Shown: positions 49,401 to 61,469 of the stretch, one piece after another
How positions within the stretch are numbered: the stretch's first letter is position 1
How the letters are laid out: every line of letters starts with the position of its first letter
Assembly (NCBI RefSeq): GCF_963921235.1
Contig: NC_086108.1
Location: 96,970,001-97,034,000, forward strand
Origin: Mobula hypostoma
Lineage: Eukaryota
Direction of reading: 5' to 3'
Length of the DNA: 64,000 nt
Translations under genes and position numbers: made by a program
The notes under the pieces: generated by a model
The model's database searches: none
Told to the model about the DNA's origin: nothing
What the model saw: the letters and a program-made list of their open reading frames with translations, nothing else

Positions 49401-51141
49401 CCTCTCTGTCAGGTCTAGCCAAGCTGGTAGGTTTCAGTGCACCCAAGACAGGTAACAGCCGAGCCGTTATATAATGAAGTGCAGTGGATGGGACTGGTGA
49501 CAGCTCTGGCAGGTGATGCATTGGGCCCATGCTAATTTTGCACTAAGATAGTGATGGATCCCAAAAATCTTGACCACGCATCCCATTAGCCCCTGTCTGC
49601 TCGAGTGGGATGAAGATGTTAAAACCTGGCGGAAGTGAAGCACTAGGATGAGTGAAAAGTGGGGAAAGAGTGATTGATCCCTTTGAAGTAATGACGACAC
49701 TCTTCTGGTAGCTTTTACACTTTATTCTGCATTGTTGTTGTTTTACCTTTATTCCAGCTCAACACGCTAATATTTATTTCATATGTAAACGGTGTGCAAG
49801 GCAAGCTTTTCGCTATAATCTTGGTACACATGACAATTACAAACTAATGCCAAAAACGCGAGCGTTTCCAAACACCTTCCTTTCAATTTTAAGTAAAATT
49901 TTAACCCTATTCCTCTGGGTCATTTTGATAGTCATGCCTTTTTTATGATATTCATGCACAATATTAATGCTTTAAAATATAACTTTATTTTTCTTATGTC
50001 TTTATTCTTTATAATTGTTGAATATTGTTTTTGGTAGCATGTGCAAACACACCACAGCAATTTCCTAATGCACGTAAATATATATGGTGGATAAAGTTGG
50101 TCCCTGATCCCTTTTTGTCATCTAATAAGAAGCAAATGTTATTTTTTAAAATTTGCATTACTAACACTTGAATAATGTCATTGTTTTTAAATAATGCAGT
50201 TATCTGGAGAAGTCTTATTTTTGTCAACAGCTTATTTATTAGACATTGAAATAATAAGGTACGTAGATGCTGTGTTCTTCCGCTGAGTATCCAGGTGTAT
50301 GTTTCCTGTGGATCTTTGTTATGTTGTGCAGATCAGGCTAAATTTTTGACATGTTATCCTGAAAATATAAATGACCTATTCCTCGGACAAATAGGAAAAA
50401 TAGTTGTAAGCAGCTACACAGTCAAGATTGTGTCTCTGGTTCAGAGTTGACAAATAGTACTGCGTGAAGCTTTGAAACTGAGAGGTTATCTTGACAGACA
50501 GGGAGTACAATTATCACACCATGATGAAAGAGCTTCCATGAGTATGTATTGCACTGTTAATTACTGTCCTTTTTCTACAGGCTTCTAATGTGAGGAAAAA
50601 CCACGCAATGACAAGTGTGGAAAAGAGCAAGCACTAAATTACTGTCAGAAAAATAAACGGAGTAGCACACTGCTGTATGGTGATTTACGGGGGCAATTAG
50701 TCACCACCCCATGGAGCTGCTGAGGACAGCAGTACTGCAGAGGTGTCAGGAAAAGAGGGAGAGAGCCTGCAGTCTGAAAGCTTCACTTTCTTTCCATAAC
50801 TAAAAGTCGGAGAGGGACTTCACTTGTGACATTCAGAACACAGTTACAGACTTCCACTTCAGTACAGAGTGACACCCAAGCCACATTTAATTGCAACACC
50901 CACTCTCCAATTTAAAAAAAATCTTCTGAGTTTTTAACTTTTTGCCCTTGTGAGCTGCAAGCTTTCAGGGCAAAGATTTTGGGTAGCTTCGAGGCACTGT
51001 GGTCAATGTCAGCCAACGATGAGAAAGTATTGCATTATGGTTGAGCGGGCAGATGAATCAGTTACGATGAAATGGTGGAGCAGACTCAGGCCAAATGACC
51101 TAATTCTGCTCCTATATCTTATGGCCTTAAGATTTTATGGT

Positions 51142-51440
51142 CTATGTCTGACCACTTATTTGCTTTAATTTTGCCCATTTTGTGGATCTTTTTTTGAGAC
51201 TTAAGGAACAGGATTCTCTTAATGAACAGAATAGGTGACTGATATTTGTATGTCCTGGCCTTTCAGTTTGTGGATGGAGCTCATAACTTTTAGATCTTTG
51301 CAAGTCAGGTTCATCTCCTCCGTCTGAATATCTGAGACATGCCTGATGTTGGGAATACTTGACATGGGACACTGGTATACAGAAAGCTGCTTCTATGAAC
51401 GTTTCTTGGTGTCCTACTGCAGATCCTTTCATGTGGTCAA
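51142..51440 (-). CDS. Candidate terminal coding exon of an unidentified gene
   Basis: Acceptor gtcttcctttcaag|, open frame DHMKGSAVGHQETFIEAAF...KQISGQT*; phase fits the 53179-53013 exon. Confidence 0.35.
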
Positions 51441-51655
51441 CTTGAAAGGAAGACTTTGGGCTCTTAGTTAATAACTCTAATCAAGATGGCTATTGTTTGT
51501 GTTATGTCTTATCGTTCTATCCAATACCTTCAGTTCATCATGCAATGAGTCACATTGGTCTAGATTTTCACATCTTAAAATTCTATGTCATTAAAGTATA
51601 TTTTTCATGCTTCTATCAGAAGATGTTGGCCAAATGGCAATTCCTAGGCCATATA

Positions 51656-52180
51656 CACTCAGTGGCCATTTTATTACATATCTCTTGTACCTAATAATGA
51701 GGCCACTCAGTTTATACTTGTCATCTTCTGCTGTGGTAGCACATCCCCTTCAAGATACGACCTGATCATTCAGAGATGCTCTTCTGCACACCACTGTTCT
51801 AACGGATGCTTATTTGAGTTACTGTTGCCTTCCTGTCAGCTTGAACCAGTCCGGCCATTCTCCTCTGACTTCTCACACTGGATGTTTTTTTTTGTTTTTT
51901 TTTTAATCATACTTTGTTAAACTCTAGAGACTGTTCTGTATTAAAATCCCAGAAGATCAGCAGTGTCTAAGATACTCAAACCACCCCATCTGGCACCAGC
52001 AGTCATTCCATGGTCAAAGTCGCTAGGTCCCATTTCTTTCCGATTCTGATGTTTGGGCTGAACAACAACTGAACCTCTTGGCTATGTCTGCATGATTTTA
52101 ATCACGTTACTGCCACATGATTGGCTGATTAGATATTTGCATTAGCGTGCATGTGTACCTAATAAAGTGGCCACTGAATG
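51656..52180. mobile_element. Tc1/mariner non-autonomous element
   Basis: TIRs CACTCAGTGGCCATTTTATTA / TAATAAAGTGGCCACTGAATG, TA flanks, extra internal inverted TIR copy near 51690-51710. Confidence 0.88.
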
Positions 52181-52279
52181 TATGTAGGGAGAATGTGCAT
52201 TGAAATGAATGAGGTATGCCTGTATTGAAGTAGATGGTGTGATTGCTGTACATGTGATTAAAAGCAAATATTATGTTAA

Positions 52280-52900
52280 GGGGGCTTTTGGCACGTTGGC
52301 TTTCATAAATCAAAGTATTAGGAATAGAGGATAGTATGCTCAAGTTGTATAAGACATTGTGAGGCCTAATTTGCAGTATTGTGTGCAGTTTATTTACCTA
52401 CAGGAAAGATGTAAATAAGACTGAGAGAACACAGAACAAATTTACAAGGATGTTGCTGGGACTTGAAGACCTGAGATATACAGAAAAGTTGAATAGGTTA
52501 GAACATTATTCCCTGGAGCATTGGAGAATGGGGAAGGTTTGATAGAGCTATACAAAATCATGTGAGGTATACACAGGGTAAATGCAAGCTGGCTTTTTCC
52601 ACTGAGGTAGGGTGAGACTAGAACTAGAGGTCATGGGTTAAGGGTGAAAGGTGAAATATTTAAAGGGGACATGAGGGAGAACTTCTTCACTCAGAGGACG
52701 GTGAGAGTGTGGAACCAAGTAGCCAGTGGAAGTGATGGACGTGGGTTTGATTTCAACATTTAAGAGAAAGTTGGATAAGTTCATGGGTGGGAGGGGTAAG
52801 GAGGGCTGTGGTCCAGGTGGAGATCGATGGGACAAGGCAGAAGAATAGTTCGGCATGGACTAGGTGGGGCCATTTTCTGTGCTGTAGTAGTCTATGTTCC
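52280..52900 (+). mobile_element. Degenerate CR1 3' fragment
   Basis: Similar to 42780-43410 (ACTAGAACTAGAGGTCATGGGTTAAGGGTGAAAGGTGAAAT). Confidence 0.85.
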
Positions 52901-53012
52901 ATTTTTTTGCAGATGCAGAATTATACGGAAAACAATTTCCCTTTTAAACATTGTTCCTGCATCCACTGCATATACAGTAGAGCCTGAATGCATTAAGAAT
53001 AACAGGACTCAC

Positions 53013-53179
53013 AAGTCGAAACAAAACCCAAGAGTGAGTGAACATTGTAAAACCTGTAACTGTTGGAGCGGGAAGGCATACTGGCTGAAGTCCTTCGTAT
53101 AAAGTGGTATTGAACAACTGGTGAGAAATGGGAAAAGTCCAGGTGATGGAAGTGAGAGGAACATTTGGAATGAGGAGCA
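53013..53179 (-). CDS. Candidate internal exon (167 bp)
   Basis: Acceptor cccttatattttag| and donor |gtgagt; no stop in any minus-strand frame; unique sequence between repeats. Confidence 0.45.
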
Positions 53180-53579
53180 CTAAAATATAAGGGCAAATTC
53201 AATATCTGCTACACTGGAAAGCAGCAAGGAATCCGTAATTGGTTTACTATTGTCATATGTACATGTGACAGGCAGCGGAAAAACTTTGTTTTGTATCACA
53301 TCCATCCGAATCATTCCATCACGTCTATGTGATGCATGCTATGCTGGCTGGCGCCGGAGTGCGTGGTGATACTTGTGGGCTGCCCCCAGCACCTCCCTGG
53401 GATGTGACGGCTCTTAACACAAATGATGCATTTCCTTGTATGTTTTGATGTACACGTGATCAATCAGCTTGAATCTTGAATCTTGTACATGGAAGACGTA
53501 TAAAGAGAAAAACAATAGCAGAATGCAGAATAGCAGTTGCAGAGAAAGTGCAATGCAAGCAGACAATGAGACTATAAAG

Positions 53580-54395
53580 TACAGGAGCAGAATTAGGCTG
53601 TTCGGCCCATCAAGTCTGCTCTGTCACTCCATGGCTGACTTGTATCTCTCTCAACTCTGTTCCCCTGCCTTCCCCCCATAACCTTTGACACCCTGACTAA
53701 TTGGGGAGGGGGCTCGCTAGCGTAGTGATTAGCGCAATGCTTTACAGTACCTGCGACCTGGGTTGGATACCTGCCGCTGCCTGTAAGGAGTTTGTACGTT
53801 CTTCCCGTAACCATGTGGGTGCTCCAGTTTCCCCCCACAGTCGAAAGGCGTACCGGTTGGTAGGTTAATTGATGATTGGAAACAGTCCTGTGATTAGGCT
53901 AGGATTAAACTGGGGGTTGCTGGGCGGTGTGGCTCAAAGAGCTGGAAGGACCTATTGCGTGCTGTATCTCAATAAACAAATAAGAATAATTAATAACTAT
54001 CAACCTCTGTTTTAAATATACCCAATGACTTGGCCTCACAGCCTTCTGTGGCAATAAATTCCACAGATTTACCACCCTCTGGCTAAAGAAATTCCTCTTC
54101 ATCTCTGTTCTAAATAGCTGCCCCTCTTTTCTGAGGCCGTGCCCTCTGGTCCTAAACTCCCCCACTATAGGAAACATATTCTCCACATCCACTCTGTCTA
54201 GGCCTTTCAGTGTTGGATAGGTTTCAATGAGATTCCCCCTCATTCTTCTAAACTCCACCGAGTACAGGCCCCGAGCAATCAAATGCTCCTCATACCCTTT
54301 TCACTCCTGGGAACGTTCTCATGAATTTCCTCTGGGCCATCTCCAATACTAGCACGCCCTTTCTTGGATAAGGGGCTCAAAACTGCTTACAATAC
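53580..54395 (-). mobile_element. CR1 3' fragment interrupted by a plus-strand V-SINE (about 53710-53990)
   Basis: ORF GLYSVEFRRMRGNLIETY..RTRGHGL..NFFSQRVVNLWN; SINE A-box TAGCGTAG and V-domain. Confidence 0.85.
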
Positions 54396-55064
54396 TGCAA
54401 AGGTGCAAGCCCATAATAAGGTAGGTTTTGAAATCCAGAGTTCATCGTTATTGTCCGTGAAGTCTGTTCAATAGACTTATAACAGTGGGCTAGAAGCAGT
54501 CCTAGAGCCAGGTGATGTGTCTTTCCAGGGTTTTCTATCTTCTGCCTGGTGGAAGGGGGGAGAAGAGAGAATGCCCAGAGTCATTCGTTATGTTGGCTGC
54601 TTTCCCAAGGTTGTGGGAAGGAGGCGAGTTTTCATGATGGACTGAGCTGTCTCCAACAACTCTGAAATTTCTTACAGTCTTGGGCAGAGTAATTAACATA
54701 CCAAGCTGTGATGCATTCAGCCTACACTGGACAAAAATGCACCAGTTTACCACACAGTCCAACAGTCATCGTATTAACTATTGAAGCAAGAAACAGGTTT
54801 ACTAATGAATGTTCTCATTCAGCAACTATGTACTAAATAAAGTCACTGCCTTCTGCACCTCTTTGACATCCGTGCCCGCCACGACGCCAAGCTGTCCTTC
54901 CATCGCCTCCATTTCCGAACCCACTTCTTCAGCCAGAATTGCCCACCCTGCACTGATGGCCCCTTCTCCCATCTTCAATCTTTCTCCTCTTCATGGACAT
55001 CTGCTCTGCTTTTCTGCTCACTCTGGATTTTTTCATCTCTAATTGGGGCCATGGCATCTTTTTA

Positions 55065-55205
55065 CCCCAGGCCTGATGAAGGGTCTCAGCCAGAAATGTT
55101 GGCTCTTTATTCCCTCCATTGATGCAGCCTGACCTGCTGAGCTCCTCCAGCATTTTGTGTGTTTTACTCTGGATTTCCAGCATCTGCAGAATCTCTTGTG
55201 TTTAT
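55065..55205 (+). mobile_element. PLE terminal repeat fragment with a decayed hammerhead
   Basis: CCTGATGAAGGGTCTCAGCCAGAAATGTT...CCTGCTGAGCTCCTCCAGCATTTTGTGTG. Confidence 0.8.
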
Positions 55206-55255
55206 CATTGTCTTCCATTCATGTGTTTATTTCCTCCTGAACATTGGGTACTTAC

Positions 55256-55471
55256 ATACTTAAGCCCATCATCGCTGTGGGAATAGACTGACAACAGCAT
55301 CTTGCCAGCGTCCTCGGTCCTGGGCCAGTCTTTACGCCTTCGAGGTGAAGATCGTCCCTCTCCCAGGGACGAGGTCTTTAACTCTGAGTTATCAGGGATG
55401 GGTTTGCTAACCGAATGCCTGACCCACTTCCTTTTGAAGCCGGGCTTGGGACCGTCCACAGGGAAGTTGAA
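55256..55471 (-). CDS. Candidate coding exon FNFPVDGPKPGFKRKWVRH...WPRTEDAGKMLLSVYSHSDDGLK(Y)
   Basis: Acceptor ccttttcgtactgttttactcgaag|, donor |gtaagt (or |gtatgt 4 nt earlier), 72 open codons, CpG-retaining unique sequence. Confidence 0.55.
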
Positions 55472-55545
55472 CTTCGAGTAAAACAGTACGAAAAGGATAC
55501 TGGTGATTCTGCCAAGGAAGAAATGTTTACAGCCCACACACTCAC

Positions 55546-55680
55546 ATCAGAATATTTTGTGGAATCTTGAGGTTTCGAATTAGCAACATCCTGGGATGCC
55601 GTGGAAGGAGTCTGTTGATTCTTTGCCACAGCGATGAGGACAGTGACAGAACCAGACTGTTCTTGGCAGTACTGGCCAAT
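55546..55680 (-). CDS. Candidate coding exon IGQYCQEQSGSVTVLIAVAK...KYSD
   Basis: Acceptor cttgcag|, donor |gtgagt, 135 bp in phase 0/0; joins the next exon in frame across a 74-nt intron. Confidence 0.55.
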
Positions 55681-56106
55681 CTGCAAGCTGATAATATACG
55701 GAGCCATCTGAATACTGCCAAACTAGTCACTGACTCAGACAAATGATGAATTAGCCTTGGAAGAGAGTGATGGTGATGATTTATTTATCTATGGGAGTAT
55801 TTATTTATTTAGAGATACAGCGTGGAACAGACCCTTCTGGCCCAACAAGCTGCACCACCCAGTGACCCAACTATTTAACCCTTCCTAATTACAGGACAAC
55901 TTACAATGACCAATCAACCTGCTAATTGGTACGTCTTTGGGAATGTGTCACCTGGAAGAAGCCCAGACATATTCGGGGAGGACGTACAAACCCCTTACAG
56001 ACAGCTCCAGAATGGATCTCTGAAATTCGACGCCCCGAGCTGCAATAGCATTGTAGCATACTCTACCGTGATAGGGTATTAGAGTGCTATATCCGTGGCA
56101 TGCTAC

Positions 56107-56191
56107 TTGGTCCATTGTTAAAGCTCTTTCAGCTTGGACAGTGCACCCATGGAAGGCAGAATCCTGTGGTAAAGTGGGAGTTATCATTCTG
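56107..56191 (-). CDS. Candidate coding exon (R)MITPTLPQDSAFHGCTVQAERALTMDQ
   Basis: Acceptor tctttgtttgtaatccag|cag, weak donor CAA|gtagca, phase-0 join to IGQYCQ. Confidence 0.35.
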
Positions 56192-56699
56192 CTGGATTAC
56201 AAACAAAGATGGATTTATTTTCAATAATGTAAACACAAGAGGTTCTACAGATGCTGGAAAATAGAGAGTAACACACAGCAAGTGCTGGAGGCACTCAGCA
56301 GGTCAGGCAGTGCCTCGTGAGTGAGTGTCTTAACCCAAAATATTGACAGTCTATTTCCCTCTGCAGATGCTGCCTGGCCTGCTGAGTTCCTCCAGCTTCT
56401 TGTTTGTTACTCCAGAAAGGAATCAAGATACTTGAAGATAAGAATTTGCTGATGAGTGTATTTCATAATTCCTACATTTGATACGTTGAGGGTCATATTT
56501 GTTGCGCAAACTTATTTGCCCGTGAAAGGTGACACTGAGTTGTCTTGCTGTACCTCCATACAATATGCTATGCCTTATCAGAAGGTAATTAACAGTCAAG
56601 TATAATGAGCTGTTTTATGTACCACGAGGTTCAAGGGCAGCTTCAATCCCACAGTTATGATTATTGAGTGGTCCTCTGGTATGATAAGATCTTACCAGG

Positions 56700-56992
56700 G
56701 CGCCCCGTTATCCTAGCAGTCAGCGTGATGCTATTACAGCTCAGGAGTTCTGGAGTTTGGGGTTCAATTCCAGCTCCGTTCTGTAGGGGGTCTCTGTATG
56801 TCCTCCCCATGGAATGCATAGGTTTTCACTGGGTGCTCCGGTTTCCTCCCACAGTCAAAAGACGTACAAGGTAGGTTAATTTGTCATTGTAAATTTCCTT
56901 GTGATTAGGTCAGGGTTAATCAGGGTTGTGGGGTGACTGGGCTCGAAGGAATTGTTCTGAGCTATATCGCTAATTAAAATAAAATAAATAAA
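56700..56992 (+). mobile_element. V-SINE
   Basis: B-box GGTTCAATTCC, V-domain GGGTGCTCCGGTTTCCTCCCACAGTC, (TAAAA)n tail. Confidence 0.8.
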
Positions 56993-57362
56993 AGCACTGC
57001 TCTAGCAATGATTGTGATTCAGTGTCGAGGGACTGATGGAGGGCTAGCAATCAACAGAATAAGTAATGCAGTCCAGGTGCAATTGGTTACTTTGGACAGC
57101 GAATTATCTTTGAATGAGCTCAGGCTTAACAGACTGAGAAATTAAAGTGGATGATAATAATATTTTCAATCTAATGTAGTGTTCATGGGGAATGCTTATG
57201 GAGCAAACTTTTTAAATTAAGTTGGTAATTTGGTTTATTATTTGTCACATATACCGAGGTACAGTGAAAACCTTTTATTTTGCATGCCATCTGTACAGAT
57301 CAGATTATTTAATCATATCAGTGCACTGAGGTGGTTAAAGTGAAAACAATAACAGAATGCAG

Positions 57363-57366
<4 letters not shown>

Positions 57367-57410
<44 letters not shown>
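57367..57410 (+). repeat. (AC)n microsatellite at the end of a PLE terminal fragment (57367-57505)
   Basis: Direct reading; followed by TGCTGGAGGAACTCAGC. Confidence 0.9.
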
Positions 57411-57415
<5 letters not shown>

Positions 57416-57874
57416 CACAATGCTGGAGGAACTCAGCAAGTCAGGCAGCGTCTATATAAGAGGAATAAGGAATCAATATTTCAGCCTGAGACCCTTTATC
57501 AAGATGCCAAGGCTTGGAAAGATCTGAGGTTTGATCGCTTCAGGAGCTAAGCTGAATTGAAAAGTTTGGGTAATTCGGTGAGATGGAGGCGAGGTGATGT
57601 GATGAGCTTTCTGAGGTTTGATCGATTTAAGAACTGAGCGGAATTGGAAAGGTCTGGTACTGGCCTCATTAAGGTGACAAGAGCCTGATACCGAGGGCGA
57701 GGAACGACCCAAAGTTTGGACAATTTAATCGCAGGGCCGGATTGAAAAGGTCAGGGGGTTGGGGTTGGAGGTGAGAGACAGTCCGATTTGGCTCGCTGCC
57801 CTGCAGAGTTTGCTTGACTCTGTGCTGGACTGCAGCCTTCTGAATCAGCTGCAGTGATGCCTGGCATTATGAAC

Positions 57875-58387
57875 TTTTTTTTTAGATTATGAGGACACTC
57901 AGTCCTCGTTTATTGTCATTTAGAAATGCATGCAGTAAGAAACGATACAATGTTCCTCTAGATGATGTCACAAAAAAAAGGACAAACCAAAGACTTAACA
58001 CTGACAAGACCACATAATTATAACATATAGTTACAGCAGTGCAAAGCAATACCATAATTTGATAAACAGCAGACCATGGGCACGGTGAAAAAAAGTCTCA
58101 AAGTTCCGATCGACTCCCAATAGTCCCGATAGCAGGCGACAAAAGGGAGAAACTCTCCCTGCCATAAACCTCCAGGTGCTGACGACTGCGGATGCATTTG
58201 AAGCACCCGACCACAGCCGATTCTGAGCCCGTCCGAAAACTTCGAGCCTCCAACCAGCCCTCTGACACCGAGCACCGAGCACCATCTCTGCCAAGCGCTT
58301 CGACCCCACCCCAGCCGCTGAGCAACAAGCAAAGGTGAGGACTCGGGGCCTTCTTCTCCCGAGATTCTGGAGGAGAAGGCCCCGAGT
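57875..58387 (-). mobile_element. 5'-truncated copy of the 10062-10729 family, nested in an older element (about 57510-58590)
   Basis: Close sequence match to 10062-10560; T-run 57875-57883. Confidence 0.85.
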
Positions 58388-59129
58388 TCAGTTCTGAATG
58401 CTGTTTGCTTGCTTTATTGTTTGCACGATCTGTTTTTTTTCTCTCTCTGCACGCTGGGAGTTTGACGGTTTTCTTTTGTTTTTAATGCATTTTACTGGGG
58501 TTCTTTGTTCCATGGCTGCCTGTGAGGAGACAAATCTCAAGGTTGTATAAAGTATACGTACTTTGATATTAAAAGTACTTTGAACTTTAGATTAAAGTTT
58601 TACAGTTACAGAGAAAGTGCAGGCAGACAATGATGGTAATACCATGATGAGGTTAATTGTGAGGTCAAGAATTCATCTTATCGCACTCAAGGACACTCAG
58701 TAGTCATAACAATGGGATAGAAGCTGTCCTTGAGCCTGGTGGAATGTAAAAGAGCTCATTACAGTTGACTCTTCATTGCTTTCAGACATGGCCCTTCATG
58801 CTTCTCTGGGGCAATTAAAGATGGGTCATATATACTGCCTCCAATATATCTCATGTCCTGTTTGAAGGGTCTAGGGCTGAAACGCCAATTGTTTCTTTAA
58901 CTTGCTGAGTTCTTCCAGCATTTTGTTTGTGTGGCTCATGATTTCAGCATCTGATGGATCTCTTGTGTTTAAGGAGCTGGAGGAACTCAAGAGGTCAGGC
59001 AGCATCTGCGGAGGGAAATGGACAGTTGGCGTTTCGGGTAAAGACCCTTCTTCTGGTCAGATAGATATATTGACTATCTCCCTATAAAGAGGTGATGGGG
59101 AAGGGTGGTGCAAGAGGTGGTAGTCTCAC

Positions 59130-59267
59130 CTGCAGCCTCTTGTGTCTCTTTTCTGGAGTAGGTGCTCCTATTTGGTACAATGAGCGGTTATTTTCTGGCA
59201 GTTTATAGCCTTTACTTTTCAGTGCTGTGGAGCTTCTTTTAATTTTTACAAGAGTTTCTCTGCTCAT
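59130..59267 (-). CDS. Candidate first coding exon MSRETLVKIK...EKRHKRLQ
   Basis: ATG at 59267, 46 codons, strong donor CAG|gtgaga. Confidence 0.35.
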
Positions 59268-59359
59268 TTAAGGTTGTTAATCTTTCAAGGAAAATCCTAC
59301 GAACTTTGCATCTTTTAGTCTATCTTTTATTTTCTTCCCTGTAGAGTCAGTGGAGATGA

Positions 59360-59650
59360 CTGAGCGCATTAGTTGGCTGAGTTGCTTTATACTGCCAGCA
59401 ATTACCGATCGGGTTTTGACTCTTGCTGCTGTCCCTAAAGATTTTATACGTTCTCCCTGTGACCATGTGGGTTTTCTCTGGGTGCTCTGGTTTCCTCCCA
59501 CCCTCCTTCCAAAGTATGGTTAGGGTTAGAGAGTTGTTGGCATGGAAACATGACAACACTCGAGGGCGGCCTCCAATCCTCTGACAATGTTGGTCATTGT
59601 CGCAAAACGACATATGTATGTGTACATGTGACAAGTAAAGCTAACCTGTC
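59360..59650 (+). mobile_element. V-SINE variant with an alternative tail
   Basis: V-domain GTGGGTTTTCTCTGGGTGCTCTGGTTTCCTCCCA; tail GTACATGTGACAAGTAAAGCTAA. Confidence 0.7.
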
Positions 59651-60216
59651 TTTACCTTTAGAAAATGCAGAAGGCTCAGTAAAATCCACTCATCTTTGCA
59701 TGTCAACCTTAAGGCATGTTCACAGTGGTTGAGTGCACACTTGTTTTCATGTATATGTTGCAGCACAATTCGAGTCCCCTTGAGGTCGACCCACCGGTTT
59801 AATTAAAGTTAATTGATGGCAGTGCCTCTGTGCATTTGGACTCTGGAGACTAGTCCTTTACTCAACTTGCTGTCCAATATCTTTGGAGATATGCAGGCAG
59901 CTGGGAGCGCAGAATGGGTAGAAATTCTGGCGAACACTCATTCTAAATCATCAATAAATAGGAATGGGAAATTACCATAGGAGCAGATTTAGGCCATTCG
60001 GTCCATTGAGTCTGCTCTGCCTTTTGATCATGGCTGATTTATTTTCCATCTCAACCCCATTCTCCTGCTTTCTCTTCATAACATTTGATGTCCTTACTAA
60101 TTAAATACCTATCAACCTCTTCTTTAAATGTACCCAATGACTCTGCCTCCACAGCTGTCTATGGCAATGAATTCCACAGATTTACTACAGAACAGGGAGA
60201 CCAAGTGATACAAGTA

Positions 60217-61025
60217 CAGTGGATTTTGGATAATCGGGACACACTGGGACCTGTACATTTTGGCCCAATTAAGTGGCTGCCTCCATTAGCCAAAGTTTCA
60301 TAGAAAATATTTAAAAAGGTATAAAATAAACTGAGTAACAACTTGAGTATTTAAATGAAATATAGAACAAATTAGAACTCTGCAGTACTATAAAACTGTG
60401 CATTAGATCCTAATACTTATTGATGGAGGAATTCATCCACGTAACGTTCTTTTGACTGTAACTGAACAAAATCAGTGCAGACACCTAGTGCAGATGATGA
60501 ACTGGCTTCATACAATGTTTTTGATGATTGCATCCTCCAAATCTTCATTTTCTTTGTAACATTCAGATGATTGTTGGTATCTTCAGATTCTTCATAGTTT
60601 TGAACTTGTTGAAGTAGTGAAGCAGTGAACTCGTTTCATTTTCACCCCTGGCCATTCCTGGCATCTCCAAGCCTGGATGCTTGAAACTGCAGCAAAGCAA
60701 AACAGTTCTGAATTGTCTTACTGCTCATTTCTCACTGACTGTCAGTGACAAAAAGTGCTACTTTTTGATTGCAAATACATGCAACTGATACTTTTTAAAA
60801 ACCGCTTGCTGGAAGCGGAGTGTAGTGTCAAATGGCATGCAAGTGCACGTGACTGAAACAAGTTAGAACTATTCAGCAACAACCCCCTGCTCCAATTAAG
60901 TGGAATAGTGTCCCAAATAAACAAAGGGATACCCGACTCTTTTCTTGATTAGCTTTTGTTCTTTAAGAGGTGTCCCAAATGTGACTGCTGAGTTAACCAA
61001 TGGCCTAATTAACCAGAATCCTCTG
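60217..61025. mobile_element. pogo/Tigger-type non-autonomous DNA transposon
   Basis: TA-CAGTGGATTTTGGATAATCGG ... CCTAATTAACCAGAATCCTCTG-TA; subterminal GGGACA/TGTCCC repeats. Confidence 0.75.
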
Positions 61026-61469
61026 TATTCACTTCCCTGAAAGAGATGATTCTGTTAGACAGGGTGGTGGAGACTTGCTTTTCTTAGTCAGGGTATTAAA
61101 TACAAGAGTTGGGACATCATATTCCAAGTGAGACTACACTTGGAATGCTGTGTGCAGTTCAGCTTCCCACGCTATGGGGAAAATGGGATTAAGATGGAGC
61201 GGGTGAGGAAGAGAGTCACAAGAATGTTTAGGGAACTGGAGAGCTTGAGTTTTAAGGAGAGACTGGAAAGCTGGAACTGTGTTCCTGGAGTGAGGAAAGC
61301 TGGAACTGTGTTCCTGGAATGAAGAAACCTGTTGGGTGACCCTACAGAGTCTGTAAAATAATAAGGGACTTGGGTAAAGTGGCTGGTCACAATCTTTCAC
61401 CCAGGGTAAGGAAGTTTACGACTAGTGGAAATAGGTTTCAATAAATCACAATAGGTTTCAATAGGTACA

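Noticed and set aside
50581..50637. Strong plus-strand acceptor followed by ASNVRKNHAMTSVEKSKH*
   Set aside because: No upstream plus-strand exons were found; treated as non-coding
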